A program made the translations under genes and the position numbers. From Chiloscyllium plagiosum (lineage: Eukaryota), in contig NC_057720.1 of NCBI RefSeq assembly GCF_004010195.1, forward strand, positions 1,137,700-1,178,936: 41,237 nucleotides of DNA. Reading direction: 5' to 3'. Of this stretch, positions 1 through 12,587 are shown one piece after another (position 1 is the first letter of the stretch; each line of letters begins with the position of its first letter). Below the pieces are notes generated by a model, which was given only the letters and a program-made list of their open reading frames with translations, ran no database searches and had not been told where the DNA came from.

Positions 1-757
1 TGGTGAATCAGCAAACACCAATCAGCTATGTGGTATATTATCTTGTTGCCGAGAGAACGAGCCAATTGTGCGTGTCTAACATTACAGTGTCAATTCACTA
101 CCTGTCTCAGAGCATTAATACAAGTTGGAAAGGCTGACGTTCATCAATTGTTTCAAAATCATTTCCACTCTCCCTCCCCTGATTTTGAATTCCAGCCAGT
201 GAGCTGAAAGGCAATGATGCACAAGCCGATTATAGCTGCTCAAACTGACGGATTAACACTTAATGAACAAATAAGCAGAAAAGAGGCTATTCAGCTCTTT
301 AAGCCTCTTCCACCGTGCAATGACACCAAGTCCAATTTAAATCTGAACTTGATTTGCAATCCTTACTCTCCTTGTTCAACAAAAAAAATCAACCTCAGTG
401 TTTTCATTTTAAAATTTCACCAGCTTTCTGGGAAGAGTGTTCCAGATCCTCTATGCATGGAGAAGTGCTTCCTGAGATCACCCTGGCTAGTATGTTACTG
501 CTCTACCCCTTTGGTTTAGACTCTGCCATCACCACAGCAGATAGCTCCCCTCAACCTACCCAAACAAATCCTTTAAATATCTTAAGCATTTATTATAAAA
601 TCATTCTTTAATCTTTGCTATAACTTGCACACTCTATCTTGCATTCTCCAGTGTGAACAATCTGTACTCAGCAAAGGACTTAGTTTTATCACCCCACCCC
701 CCACCTCAATGAAATTCAGGCTCAGCACAACGTTTAGTATTTGATCCTTTGTTGATA

Positions 758-1113
758 AAGGGGAACCTCGATTATCTGAACGAGATGGGCGGGCACTATT
801 TCGTTCGGATAATTGATTATTCGGGTAATCGATTCAATGCTTTTCCTCTGGGGCTTGGAGTTTTATATTAATTCTACTCCCCGTTCAGGAGACTAGCAGC
901 AGCACTGCGCACACGAGCCCTCACCTACCTCCAACACTTGCACTCCCATCAGTCCAGGACTGTTCTCCCCAGCACTTTTAATCATTGTAAACAAGAGACA
1001 CGATCAGTGTTGGACACACATCTTTGATGTAATGTCTCTGTCGGGACCTCGAGATCTCCTTCGGATAATCCAATTTCCGGATAATTGGTAGTTGGATAAT
1101 CAAGGTTCCTCTG
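758..1113. mobile_element. Non-autonomous Tc1/mariner (Tigger/pogo-like) MITE
   Basis: Imperfect terminal inverted repeats aaggggaacctcgattatc / gataatcaaggttcctctg, flanked by TA at 756-757 and 1114-1115; repeated subterminal ggataat motifs. Confidence 0.8.
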
Positions 1114-1195
1114 TATATTTAATTCTTTGAGGATATGTCCTCTCCCCACTCAACGCACACTTTCACCCAACCCCTCCCCCTGACCTCTTGTCTCC

Positions 1196-1388
1196 CATAA
1201 GACATAGGAGCAGAAATTAGGCCATTCAGCCCATTGAGTCTGCTCCACCATCCCATCAACCCCATTTTCCTGCTTTCTTCCCTTAACCTTTGATCCCCTT
1301 TGCAATCAAGAACCTGTGTCTTAAATATACTCAATGACCTGACCTCTACAGCCTCCTGTGGCAATGAATTCCACAGATTCACCACTCG
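1196..1388 (-). mobile_element. CR1-type LINE 3' end fragment
   Basis: Minus-strand translation RVVNLWNSLPQEAVE...IFK is the typical CR1 ORF2 C-terminus, followed by 3' UTR. Confidence 0.8.
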
Positions 1389-1730
1389 CCTTGACCTCTT
1401 CATGAGGAACTACAGATATGACATCAACCTGCTTAACTTCTCTGCTCGCTTCACCCACTGCAGCATGTCTCCAGCAATAAAGTTTCAACTTTGATCTCCA
1501 GCATCTGCAGACCTCACTTTCTCCTCGAACTACAGATATGACATCAACCTGCTTAACTTCTCTGCTCGCTTCACCCACTGCAGCATGTCTCCCTCTGAAG
1601 TTGCTGCACTCCATTCTCTCAGGTGAAACCACTGAAAAAGGGTAGTACTGCCGAGTTCTGGTGTGCTGATCTCTACCTTGAAGAAGCAGAGTGCCAACTC
1701 TCAGCCACTTCCTCCTGCCTCCCTACCAGC
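1389..1730 (+). mobile_element. Penelope-like element ORF fragment with internal 66-bp duplication
   Basis: Degenerate translation LDLFMRNYRYDINLLNFS...VKPLKKG...DLYLEEAECQLS resembles the IKPADKG...DLY region upstream of Penelope RT; 1407-1472 is repeated at 1527-1592. Confidence 0.65.
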
Positions 1731-1807
1731 CATAAACATCCAGCTATTGTTTATTCCTGTCTTGATTCTATTTGTTTCCCCTTGTCCAATCTCTTCAAAC
1801 TCACATC

Positions 1808-2735
1808 ACATAGGAACATCCAAACATTGGAACAGGAGGAGGCCATTCAGCCCCTTGAGACTATTCTATCAGTCAGTCAGTGAGACCATAGCCAATCTGT
1901 GGCCTAACTCCATACACCTGCTTTTGGCCCATAGCCCTTCATTCCATTGCTTAACAAAAAAAGTATCTACCACAGATTTACAATTAAAAACGGATCCTGC
2001 ATCCACTGCCAATTGTGGAAGAGACAGTTCCTTCGTGTGTCAAAGTACTTTCTAACATCTCCCTGGAATGCTCTGGCCCCAATTGTAGAGTTACCAACCA
2101 GGGAAACAGTTTATTGGCCAGGTCTCTTCCTGTTACTATCTTGATGGCTTCAATCAGATCATACTTTAACCTCTGAATTCTAGAGAAAACAAGTTTAATT
2201 TGAATAATCTTTCTTCATAACTTAACCTCTGAAGTTCAGGTATCATTCTTGTCCACCTATGTTGTAGTCCTAAGGTGTGCTGCCCAGATCTGCTCACAGT
2301 ACTCCAACTGGTGTCTAGCCAGGGTTCTGTATAACTGCAGCATAACATCTGCATCCTGTACTCCAGTCCCTAAGACATAAAGGCCAGCATTCCATTAACT
2401 TTCTTGATTATTTTCTGCACCTTCTGTGACATTTGAAAAATTGATGTACCTGAACACCCACGTCGCTTTGCACATACAATGTATTTAATTTCATATCATC
2501 TAGACAGTGTCCTTATCGATCCTTTTGCAGTTCAAAATGGATAACTCCCACATGCTTACACTGAACTCCATCTGCCAGAGTTTTGACCATTCATTTAGTC
2601 TGTCAATATCCCTTTGTAACATTATGTGATCATCTACTACAGTCTACACTGCTGTCTAACTTTGTGTCAGAAAAATTTAGATATATAGCTTTCTGTGCCA
2701 TTATCCAAGTTATTAATAAATAAAGTAATCATATA
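1808..2735 (-). mobile_element. Degenerate CR1 LINE, 3' part of ORF2 and 3' UTR
   Basis: TRMIPELQRLSYEERLFKLNLFSLEFR; closely similar to the copy at 25790-26570. Confidence 0.85.
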
Positions 2736-2764
2736 CATAATAACATTCATAAATGACTGCCCCC

Positions 2765-2960
2765 ATATTTCTTTCAATCTAGTCTGCTGAATTCACTGCT
2801 CACAACGGGGTCTCCTTTCCATTGGCAAGACCAAACATAGTCTGGGCAAGCACTTTGCGGAATGCCACCACCCAATCTGTAAGCAGAACTCCCTGGCCTC
2901 CCATTTCAACAGACCACCTTGTTCTCCTGCTCATTTTCTTCTGATCTGCTGAAGTGCTCC
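2765..2960 (+). mobile_element. Penelope GIY-YIG endonuclease remnant
   Basis: Hand translation NLVC*IHCSQRGLLSIGKTKHSLGKHFAE...ASHFN, parallel to the GIY-YIG segment at 14090-14369. Confidence 0.65.
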
Positions 2961-2999
2961 AGTGGATCATCTGACCTCACTACAGCCCGAGGTCAACTA

Positions 3000-3640
3000 T
3001 GGACAAAAGAGCTGAAATCCAGCAGTGAGTGTTGTTGGAGCTGCATGCAGGTAATGGGAGTATTCCTGATCTGTAGATGGTGGATAGGTTTTTGGGGGGT
3101 CAAGAGATTGCAGAATTACTAGCCGCAGACACACTTGTGGCCGCTGTATTTAGAAGGCTAGTCCAGTTCAGTTTCTGGGCAACAGGAACTCCCAGGATTT
3201 TGATGTAGGGCAACTCATTCAAACTGCACGTCAAGGGTGGTGGGAACAGCTGAATTCTCTCATTGGAATGCTCATTCCTGGCACCTGTTTGGTGTGAATG
3301 TTACTTGCCACTTGTCAACCCAAACCTGGATACTGTCCAGATTTTCCTGCTTCAGTACGAGGAGTCGTGAATGGTGCTGAATATTTTGCAAGCATCAAAA
3401 AACATGCAAACATCCCCATTCCTGACTTTATGACAGAAGGAAAGTCATTGATGAAGCAGCTGAAGATGCTTGGGCCTAGGACACTACCCTGAGGGACTCC
3501 TGCAGAAAGATCCTGGAGCTGAGATGACTGACCTTCAACAACCATAGCCACAACAGCCATCTTCCTCTGTGTGAGGTATGACTCCAACCAATGGAGAATT
3601 TTCCCCGATTCCCATTGATTCCAGTTTTGTTCGAGACCCC
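3000..3640 (-). mobile_element. Old CR1/L2-clade LINE RT fragment
   Basis: [20 protein letters not shown] reverse-transcriptase motif. Confidence 0.8.
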
Positions 3641-4439
3641 TGATGACACATGGTTGATGCCATGATGATTTGAAATAGAAAGGGTAGAGATCAGGGCAAT
3701 TGTGTCCACATCAATGTCCCCCTCCACACTATTCCACCGATTTCCCCTTACTCCAAACCACAGCATGGATTTATGAAGTGGAAGTCGAGCTTGACAAATC
3801 TACTGATTTGTTTTTGAGGATTTAAGTATAGAGGAGGCAATGAATGTGGTTTACAGAAATACGTAAATCATGTGAAGAATCATCACTGGATCCAGAACAT
3901 TAATTTTGTTTCCTCTCCACAGATGCTGCCACACTTGCTNNNNNNNNNNNNNNNNNNNNNNNNNNNNNNNNNNNNNNNNNNNNNNNNNNNNNNNNNNNNN
4001 NNNNNNNNNNNNNNNNNNNNNNNNNNNNNNNNNNNNNNNNNNNNNNNNNNNNNNNNNNNNNNNNNNNNNNNNNNNNNNNNNNNNNNNNNNNNNNNNNNNN
4101 NNNNNNNNNNNNNNNNNNNNNNNNNNNNNNNNNNNNNNNNNNNNNNNNNNNNNNNNNNNNNNNNNNNNNNNNNNNNNNNNNNNNNNNNNNNNNNNNNNNN
4201 NNNNNNNNNNNNNNNNNNNNNNNNNNNNNNNNNNNNNNNNNNNNNNNNNNNNNNNNNNNNNNNNNNNNNNNNNNNNNNNNNNNNNNNNNNNNNNNNNNNN
4301 NNNNNNNNNNNNNNNNNNNNNNNNNNNNNNNNNNNNNNNNNNNNNNNNNNNNNNNNNNNNNNNNNNNNNNNNNNNNNNNNNNNNNNNNNNNNNNNNNNNN
4401 NNNNNNNNNNNNNNNNNNNNNNNNNNNNNNNNNNNNNNN

Positions 4440-5053
4440 GAGAGGGATTGAGTTTTGGAACCATGAGGTTATGCTGCAGCTGCACAAAACTCTGGTGCGG
4501 CCGCACTTGGAGTATTGCGTACAGTTCTGGTCACCACATTATAGGAAGGATGTGGAAGCTTTGGAAAGGGTGCAGAGGAGATTTAGAACATAGAACATAG
4601 AAGAATACAGCGCAGTACAGGCCCTTTGGCCCTCGATGTTGTGCCGATCCAAGCCCACCTAACCTATACTAACCCACTATCCTCCATATACCTATCCAAT
4701 GCACCCCTAAACCGTCTTTTCTCTAATGAAAACAGCCCCAAGTGTCTCAGTCTTTCCTCATACGATTTGCCAGGATGTTGCCTGGTCTGGAGGGAAGGTC
4801 TTACGAGGAAAGGCTGAGGGAACTGAGGCTGTTTTCATTGGAGAGAAGAAGGTTGAGAGGTGACTTAATTAAGACGTATAAGATAATCAGTGGACAGTGA
4901 GAGCCTTTTATCGTGAGGTCATTGGATAAACACATGGATGAGAATGGAATAGTGTCGGTTAGATGGGCTTCAGATTGGTTTCACAGGTCAGCACAACATC
5001 AAGGGCCGAAGGGCCTGTGCTGCGCTGTAATGTTCTATGTTCTATGTTCTATG
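4440..5053 (+). mobile_element. CR1 (HER1-like) LINE 3' end with (TTCTATG)n tail, interrupted by an inverted CR1 3' fragment (4585-4763)
   Basis: [29 protein letters not shown]; tandem tgttcta tail; gattt duplicated at 4580-4584 and 4764-4768. Confidence 0.88.
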
Positions 5054-5169
5054 TTATGCGTCACACCTTTGATTGACTATGTTCCCATGAAGCACCTCGG
5101 AATGTTAAAGACACAAGTGATTATTTGCATCTTCCAGTTTTCCTTGTTATATTGCCATTTGATCCACAG

Positions 5170-5274
5170 AATCATCGATCTACAATCCAAATTAATGATC
5201 GCTATTGATGTGGCCAAAGGCATGGAATACCTTCACAACCTGACTCAACCAATCATACACCGAGATCTCAACAG
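5170..5274 (+). CDS. TNNI3K: TNNI3K kinase-domain coding exon ([35 protein letters not shown])
   Basis: cag| acceptor ends at 5169 and |gtacgc donor starts at 5275; 105 bp; encodes the HRDLN catalytic loop; near-identical to recalled human TNNI3K; phase-2 junction joins the next exon as AG|C (Ser). Confidence 0.96.
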
Positions 5275-5942
5275 GTACGCTAAGCTCGGCCTCGGGGTCT
5301 GGGGAGAGTGCTTCATCTGCCCTGAGATCACTTAAATCCTGCCCTCAGCCTTGTTCACAAAGCCCAGAATTGTTGCACATATTAATGCTGGCATGAATAA
5401 CTTGCAGAATAGGTTTGTAATTGGCGAATGAATTTCAGTGTCAGAGATTGTGCACTGGTGCATGGGCAGGAAGGGTAAGGAGGTCACAAACGACGTGCAG
5501 TGTAAGAGCCGAATTGGAGTAGAGGAACAGAAGGATTGAGGGGTGCAGAAGGGACATAGCTTAAACTTAAGGGCTTCCATTCAATATCAAGATGAGGAGG
5601 TCACGAGATGTTGAAAATCTGTCCCTATGAAAGCAGTGGAGACTGCATCGTTAAATATATTGAAGGCCGAGGTACGTAGATTGTTGACTCACTGCAGAGT
5701 CAAAGTTTGTTGGGGATAGGCAGGAGTGTGGATTGTGTGAAGCCACAATTAGATAGCCATGATCTTATTAAATCATGCTTAAGGCGACTCCTGTTTCTAA
5801 TCCAAGTGTTCATGAGCACTCGGCATGAGAAGAACTGGCACGTAAAACAAACAGAACCGGGGATCATTTCCAAACCGAGAGAATAGAAAAGTAAATATGA
5901 TATGTTTGGCTTGGATGTAGGGGAAAGTGGGATGTTGGAGAA

Positions 5943-6118
5943 CAGAGTCAAGAGTGTGGTGCTGGAAAAGCACAGCAGGTCAGGCAGCACCCGAGGAGCA
6001 GGAGAATCGACATTTTGGACATTCCTGATGAAGGGCTTATGCCCGAAATGTCGATTCTCCTGCTCCTCAGATGTTGCCTGACCTGCTGTGCTTTTCCAAC
6101 ACCACACTCCCGACTCTG
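5943..6118. mobile_element. Fold-back Penelope-derived mini-element with hammerhead-like core
   Basis: Arms of about 75 bp are inverted copies; CTGATGA-A-GGGC-TTAT-GCCC-GAAA at 6025-6048. Confidence 0.8.
6025..6052 (+). ncRNA. Minimal hammerhead-ribozyme-like motif (Penelope-associated)
   Basis: CUGAUGA + stem II GGGC/GCCC + GAAA + UGUC; recurs in at least seven copies in the window; activity unknown. Confidence 0.55.
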
Positions 6119-6479
6119 AGCTTGAATGGAGCCTTGATTAGAATCTTTCTGCAGCATACTGAGTGCTTCGGGACCCTGGATTAAGCGTGTGATGATATCA
6201 TGGAGTTGCACATCACTGGGTATAAATATCATAGTGTGGTCAGCGTTTGAACACTCTAGAATGAGACAGCCTCTTGTGAGTACACCTGAAGAAGGTAAAT
6301 TAATTCTTACCAATGTCATTGTAACGTTATTGCCTGATATGACTAGCATGTATAGCTGTAGTTAACGTTAATGCAAAATGAATAGTGTTCCTTTGAAGTC
6401 AAAGTCCGAGGATAGTTTTTAATTTTGTCTTCCCCTCAGCCAGTTTGTCTCAAACTCAAACTTATAAACCCAAATATTT

Positions 6480-6930
6480 CTCTCAGAGGGCAGTGAATCT
6501 ATGGAATACTTTACTGCAGAGGACTGTCGAGGCTGGGTCATTAACTATATTCAAGGCTGAGAGAGAGAGAGATGTTTAATCAGGAAGAGAATCAGGGTAA
6601 TGGGGAAATGGCAGGAAAGTGGAGTTGAGGATGACCAGGTCAGTCCTGATCTCACTGAATATCAGAGCAGACTGAATGGGCTCAACGGCCTACTTATGCT
6701 CATAACCCTTACTGACCTTATGGTGTTATAATGTCATATTAAACCATGTGATCAGAGAAGGGACAGTTTGAGTCTCCATATTAGAAAGAGGATATAGAGG
6801 CACCGAAGAGGATTGACAAGGATGACATCAGAACTGGGGACTTACAGTTTCAAACATAACTGATCGAGAAAAGGGAAAGGTCAGGATGACCTGATTGAGG
6901 TCTTTACGATTAGCAGAGGTTTTAAATGAT
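6480..6930 (+). mobile_element. Degenerate CR1 fragments
   Basis: ctcagagggcagtgaatctatggaat...ggcctact 3'-end signature, then a decayed ORF2 piece. Confidence 0.7.
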
Positions 6931-7050
6931 TAAATGTATGTAAGATATTTATATTTATGGGGCACTGAGTGCTCTATCTATCAAACTGATGATTCTTACT
7001 TAACAATCTATGCATAACATCATGTTTGTCTTTTTTCTTGTGTCTCACAG

Positions 7051-7103
7051 CCATAACATCCTACTGTACGAAGATGGCCATGCTGTGGTAGCTGATTTTG
7101 GAG
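7051..7103 (+). CDS. TNNI3K: TNNI3K coding exon (HNILLYEDGHAVVADFG)
   Basis: Polypyrimidine tract plus cacag| acceptor, |gtttgc donor; 53 bp; encodes the DFG motif; in frame with both neighbours. Confidence 0.96.
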
Positions 7104-7141
7104 GTTTGCATTTTGTATTTAAGAATTTGACTGTGACAGGC

Positions 7142-7313
7142 TTAGGGTTAGGGTTAGGGTTAGGGGTCAGGTTAGGGTTAGAGTTAGGGATACGATTAGG
7201 GTAATAGGGTTAGAGTTAGAGTTAGAGTTAGGGATAGGGTTAGGATTAGGGATAGGGTTAAGGATAGGGTTAGGGTTAGGGATAGGGTTAGAGATAGGGT
7301 TAGGATTAGGGAT
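7142..7313 (+). repeat. Degenerate telomere-like (TTAGGG)n hexamer array
   Basis: ttaggg with ttagag, gatagg and ttagga variants; decayed continuation at 7520-7566. Confidence 0.9.
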
Positions 7314-7519
7314 AGGAGAAAGTGAGGTCTGCAGATGCTGGAGATCAGAGCTGAAAGTGTGTTGCTGGAAAAGCGCAGCAGGTCAGGCAGCATCCAAGGA
7401 GCAGGAGAATCGACGTTTCGGGCATGATTCCTGAAGAAGGGCTCATGCCCGAAATGTCAATTCTCCTGCTCCTTGGATGCTGCCTGACCTGCTGCGCTTT
7501 TCCCGCAACACATTTTCAG
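7314..7519. mobile_element. Fold-back Penelope-derived mini-element inside the TTAGGG-like array
   Basis: ggagaaagtgaggtctgcagatgctggag terminus, inverted arms, CTGAAGA...GAAA at 7431-7454. Confidence 0.8.
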
Positions 7520-7689
7520 TTTAGGATTAGGAATAGAATAGTTTTAGGTTTACAGTTAAGGTTAGGCTGAGGCTGTGTCTTATCAAAAAGACTTTATTCA
7601 ACGAAGCAGGGACTTTTCAACATAGAAATTATACCTGAAAATGGCTCCGATGCCATATTCCTTAGTTACAGCCATCTTCTGTGTGACTT

Positions 7690-8515
7690 TGACACAGTGG
7701 GCATGTCACTGGATTGGCTATTTCTCTGGAGTCATGGGTTGAAATCCTGCCTCAACAGGTGAGGGAGTTAAATTCAATTGATAAATCTGAAACTAGAGTA
7801 CGTTTGTTTTAATTAGTCACTCATGGGACGTGGGTGTTGTTGGCTGGGCCAACATTTGCCTGTCCCTAGTTGCCCTTGATAAGGTGGCAATGTGTTACCT
7901 TCTTGAACCATTGCAGTCTATCAGAGTCCTCTGTTTTCATTCCTGTTTCCTTTCTAGCAGTTGTTACAATGTCATGGCCTACAGGACCATTACACTCAGC
8001 AGCTGAGGGTCAACCCCATTGCAGTGGGTTTGGAGCCACATTTAGTCCAGATCAGTTTCTGTTCCTGAAGAGAAAGTCATCCAGATGGGTTTTTACAACA
8101 ATTAGCAATGTGCTCTTCCTTAGACTCTTAATTCCCAATTTTCATTGGATTCCAATTCCATCATTTGCCATGGTGGGATTTGAACTCCAGTCCCCAGAAC
8201 ATGACCAGAGTCTCTGCAGTAATAGTGTAATGATAATATCACTAAGCCATCACTTTGCCAATGGCGCATGACCATGAAACCATCATCATTTGCGATGATT
8301 GTAATTTGTTATATCAGCCTCTTGTTCCCAGTAAAGAAGGAAATCTGCTGTCCTTACCTGCTCTGTGACTCCAGATCTATAGCAATGTGTGAATTTGTAC
8401 TGCCCTCTGAACTGACCCTGCAAGCCGCTCAGCTCAAGGGAAAGTTCAGGTGGCAAGAAAATGTTAGCCCTGTCAACGCTGTCCACATTCCATGGAGGAA
8501 TGAATCAAAGGAAAA
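7690..8515. mobile_element. Two nested, oppositely oriented copies of an old SINE family with LINE-derived tail
   Basis: Related to segments at 12200-12560, 15290-15540 and 15960-16280 (gggtctggagtcacatgtaggcc; catgggacgtgggtg tail). Family name uncertain. Confidence 0.6.
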
Positions 8516-8924
8516 TCTCATTATAATTCACCCCGACATACCCCCAGTGGTTTGGAAACTTGCCAATGTAACACGTTTATTTAATAAAAGAAGGCGCTAG
8601 AAGTAAGTAACAATTAGCTTAACAAATCATTGCGAAAATGCTAGTCTGTTATAAAGGAAATGAGAGCAGAGCATTTAGAAATGCAGAGTATGTCCAAGCA
8701 GAGGTAGCATGGCTTCATGAAGGGGATATCATGCCTGTTACCAAAATTCATTGAAGAGCTAGCAAGCAGGATAAATAAAGGGGAAGCAGTGGATGTAATA
8801 TAGTTGGATTTTCAGAAGGTGTTTAATGTGATACCAAACGTTAGGCTCATGGTAGTGGAGGTAGTTTATCAGCAAGGATTCAGGGTTAGCTAACAAATAG
8901 AAGCTCGAGAGTTTGGATATATTG

Positions 8925-10835
8925 AACATTGTACAGTACAGTGCAGGAACATGCCCTTCGCCCCACCATGTCTCTGCCGACCACAATCTCATTCTGAACA
9001 AATCCCATTGTACAAGGTCTGTCTCCCTCTATTTCCTGCCTGTCTAAATACCCTTAAATGTTGTTATCATATCAGCTTCTCACATCTCCCCTGGCAGCAC
9101 TTTCCAGGCATCTATCACCTTCTGTGGAAAAAACTTGCCTCCTATATCTCCTCTAAACTTTCCCCTCTCACCGTAAACCTGTACCCTCTAGTATTTGATC
9201 TTTCCACCCTGGGAAGAAGACTCTGACTAGCCATCCTACCCATGCCTCCCGTTAGTTTATGTACATCAGCTTACCTCTCAGCATCTGACACTCTAGAGAG
9301 GACAATCCACATTTGACCAATCTCTCCTTGTAGTTAATACCCTCCAATCCATGCCATATCCTGGTAAACCTCCTTAACTACCTCTCCAAAGCCTCAACAT
9401 CCTTCCAAAAATGTGGAGACCAGAACTACACACAATCCTCCAAATATTACATAACTAAGTCGAATACAGCTGCAATGTGACTTACCAATGTTTATACTCA
9501 ATGCCCTGACCAATGAAGGCCAGCATGCCAAATGCCTTCTTCACCGCTATATCCTCTTGCGTTGCCACTTTCAGGGAGCTATGGAGTTGCACCCTAAGAT
9601 CTCTCTGTACATCGATGCTCCTAAGGGTCCTGCCATTTACTGTATCCTTTCCTCTTGCATTTGTCCTCCCAAAATGCATCACCTCACACTTGTCTGGAGT
9701 AAACTCCATCTGCCATTTCTCTGCCTATCTTTGCAACTGATCTGTATCTTACTGTATCCTTTGATAACCTTCCTCACTACCCACAACTCCACCAATTTTT
9801 GTATCTTCTGCAAACCTTCTAATCAAACCTACATTTTCATCCAACTCATTGACATTTATCACAAACAAAAGAGTCCCAGCACTGAGTTGGACCGAAGGTT
9901 TTATTTCTGTGCTGGGTGTCCCTATCATTCTATTACACTGATTCTTGCAGAACACCACTGGTCCTAGACACCCAGTCAGAAAAACACGCCTCCCCAGCTC
10001 CCTCTGAATCCTATGACCAATCCAATTTTGTACCCATCTTGCCAACTCACTGTGGATCCCATGTGCCTTAATCTCCTGGAGAAGCCTACCATGAGAGACC
10101 TTATCAAATACTTCAGTAAGGTCATTGTAGACAACATCTTACCCTCATCAATTATCTTTGTCACTTCCACAATCAGGTTTGTGAGGCAAGACCTCCTCCA
10201 TATAAAGCCACACTGACTATCCCGAATAAATCCATTCTTTTCCAAATGCAAGTACATCTTGTTCCTAAAATTCTTCTCCAATAATTTCCCAACTACAGAT
10301 TTAAAGCTCACTGGCCCAGAATTTCCAGGATTATCCGGGATTTTTTAAACAAAGGAACAACACTCACTATTCTCCAGTCTTCTGGGGACTCACCTGTGGC
10401 AAAAGAGGATCCAAAGACCCCGGTCAAAGCTCCATCAATCATCACCCTTGCCTCCTTCAGTAACCTGGGATAGATCCCATCAGGCCCTGGGGACTTAGCT
10501 ATGTTTTATAAGACACCCAACATTTCCTTCTCCTTAATATTGACATGCCATAGAATATGAACATCCCCCTCCCCACTCTTACCATCATCCATGGCCCTCT
10601 CCTTGGTGAATTTCCATGTGAAGTACTCGTTAAGGACCTCACCCACTTCCTGTGGTTCCACACATAGATTCCCTTCTTTGTCCTTGAGTGGACCTACCCT
10701 TTCCCTCGTTACTTTCTTGTTCCTAATATACCTATAACCTGCTTGTGTTTTCTCCTTAATCCTGCTTGCCAAGGGCATTTTATGGCCACCTTAAACCTTC
10801 CTAATTCCTTGTTTCATTTAGATTCCTCAAGGACC
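8925..10835 (-). mobile_element. CR1 LINE, frameshifted ORF2 (RT) and 3' UTR
   Basis: Minus-strand fragments: VGPLKDKEGNLCVEP, GFIWRRSCLTNL, FAEDTKIGG, DKCEVMHFGR. Confidence 0.92.
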
Positions 10836-11434
10836 TTGTCTGTGGGTGGAGTTTTAGTAAAACTGTTATGTTGGCTGCAGACGTTGCAGGATATTGGATT
10901 ATTGAGAATATTTTACTCACATTGTGCAATCTTCAAGTCACATAACTATCTGGGATTGAGTCAGAAGGAAGCTCTGGGTCAATATAGTTTAATTTATTTA
11001 ATCATGGGCTGCGGAGGTTGTTGGCTCAGCCAATCTCTGTTCCCGGGTGATAATGAGCTGTCTTCCTGAACCACTGCAGACCATGGTGCACAGGGAAATT
11101 CACAGTGTCCTTACACAGGGGATTCTAGGGCTTTGGCCCAGTGACAGTGAAAGAAAGGCAAATTATTTCCAAGTCAGGATAGTCAGTGCCTTGGAGGGCA
11201 ACCTGCAGGGAGTGGTGTTCCCATGTATCTGCTGCCGTTGTCCTTCAGGGTGGGAGTGGCCATGGATTTGGAAGGTGCCGCTGATTTTCTGCAGTGCATC
11301 TTGGAATAGCACACATAGAGGGAGTATAAATGTATGAAACCTACATGTGTAATGGATAAACTCTAATCTCTGTTTACTGTTTGATCATTATAATGTCTGT
11401 AATGAACCTGCTGAAAGGCTACCTGTATTTTTAG

Positions 11435-11487
11435 AATCCAGATTCCTTTTGTCAATGGATGAAGACAACATGACAAAGCAGCCAGGG
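11435..11487 (+). CDS. TNNI3K: TNNI3K coding exon, activation segment (ESRFLLSMDEDNMTKQPG)
   Basis: tattttttag| acceptor, |gtaaat donor; 53 bp; absent from the ORF track but read by hand; G|AA (Glu) junction with the previous exon and a phase-0 end. Confidence 0.95.
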
Positions 11488-11935
11488 GTAAATTAAAAAT
11501 CTTCAAAACCTTCCATTTCCCTGCCCCTCCCTAACTACATCACCTCCTCCAGCCCCTACAGCCCCTACACCCCCTCCCTGTTGTGGTCTCTGATGTTCAT
11601 TGGTAGAGGCAGCCCCATCCTCTGTTTAAGATCTGGGACACGTGTGTACAGTTTGTACAGTTGGTCAGTTTTCATTAGCTCTGTCTGCAGCCTTTGTTTA
11701 TAGATCATTGATGTTTGGTAAACCATCACAGAAAGAACATGAATTCTCAAATAATGGGTGATTGATATCCTGGATTCTGCTGGAAGCAATATACAAACGT
11801 GGAGTCAAACCTTAGGTGCATTGAGAAGACATCTTTATTGTTTTAAAAAATATAGATACTTTCATTTACTAACTCTTAAAATATGATAGGTGGGAAAATG
11901 GTCTGTTTGGGGAATTTAGTGGGGGATTGAGATGA

Positions 11936-12268
<333 letters not shown>

Positions 12269-12587
12269 TGACCTTGAACTTGCAAGGACTACTTCAGAGT
12301 CAAGCGCATTGCCGTGGGTCTGGAGTCACATGTAGGCCGGACTGGGTAAGCACAGCAGATTTCCTGCTCTGAACAACAGCAGCACAGTGTAGCTTTAGCA
12401 ATAATCACTATTAGCTTTCCATTGGAGTTTGTTGTTGATTGAATTGAAATTCCACCAGCTGCAGTGAACGGATTTCCAGCAGTATCCCCAAAACATCAGC
12501 CCAAAGCTCGGAGTTATAAAGACTAACTGACGGTGCAGCTTCCAACAACAATAATCAGAGACCACACACAAAGCACAGCCCACTTAG

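Noticed and set aside
3872..4600. ORFs spanning N runs (also 23099-24262 and 38288-39246)
   Set aside because: Their length comes from assembly gaps.
4913..5335. Whole ORFs around TNNI3K exons (also 7010-7204, 11993-12271)
   Set aside because: Only the splice-bounded portions match the kinase; the rest is intron or repeat read-through.
7142..7313. True chromosome end
   Set aside because: Short, degenerate and intronic, with in-frame exons on both sides.
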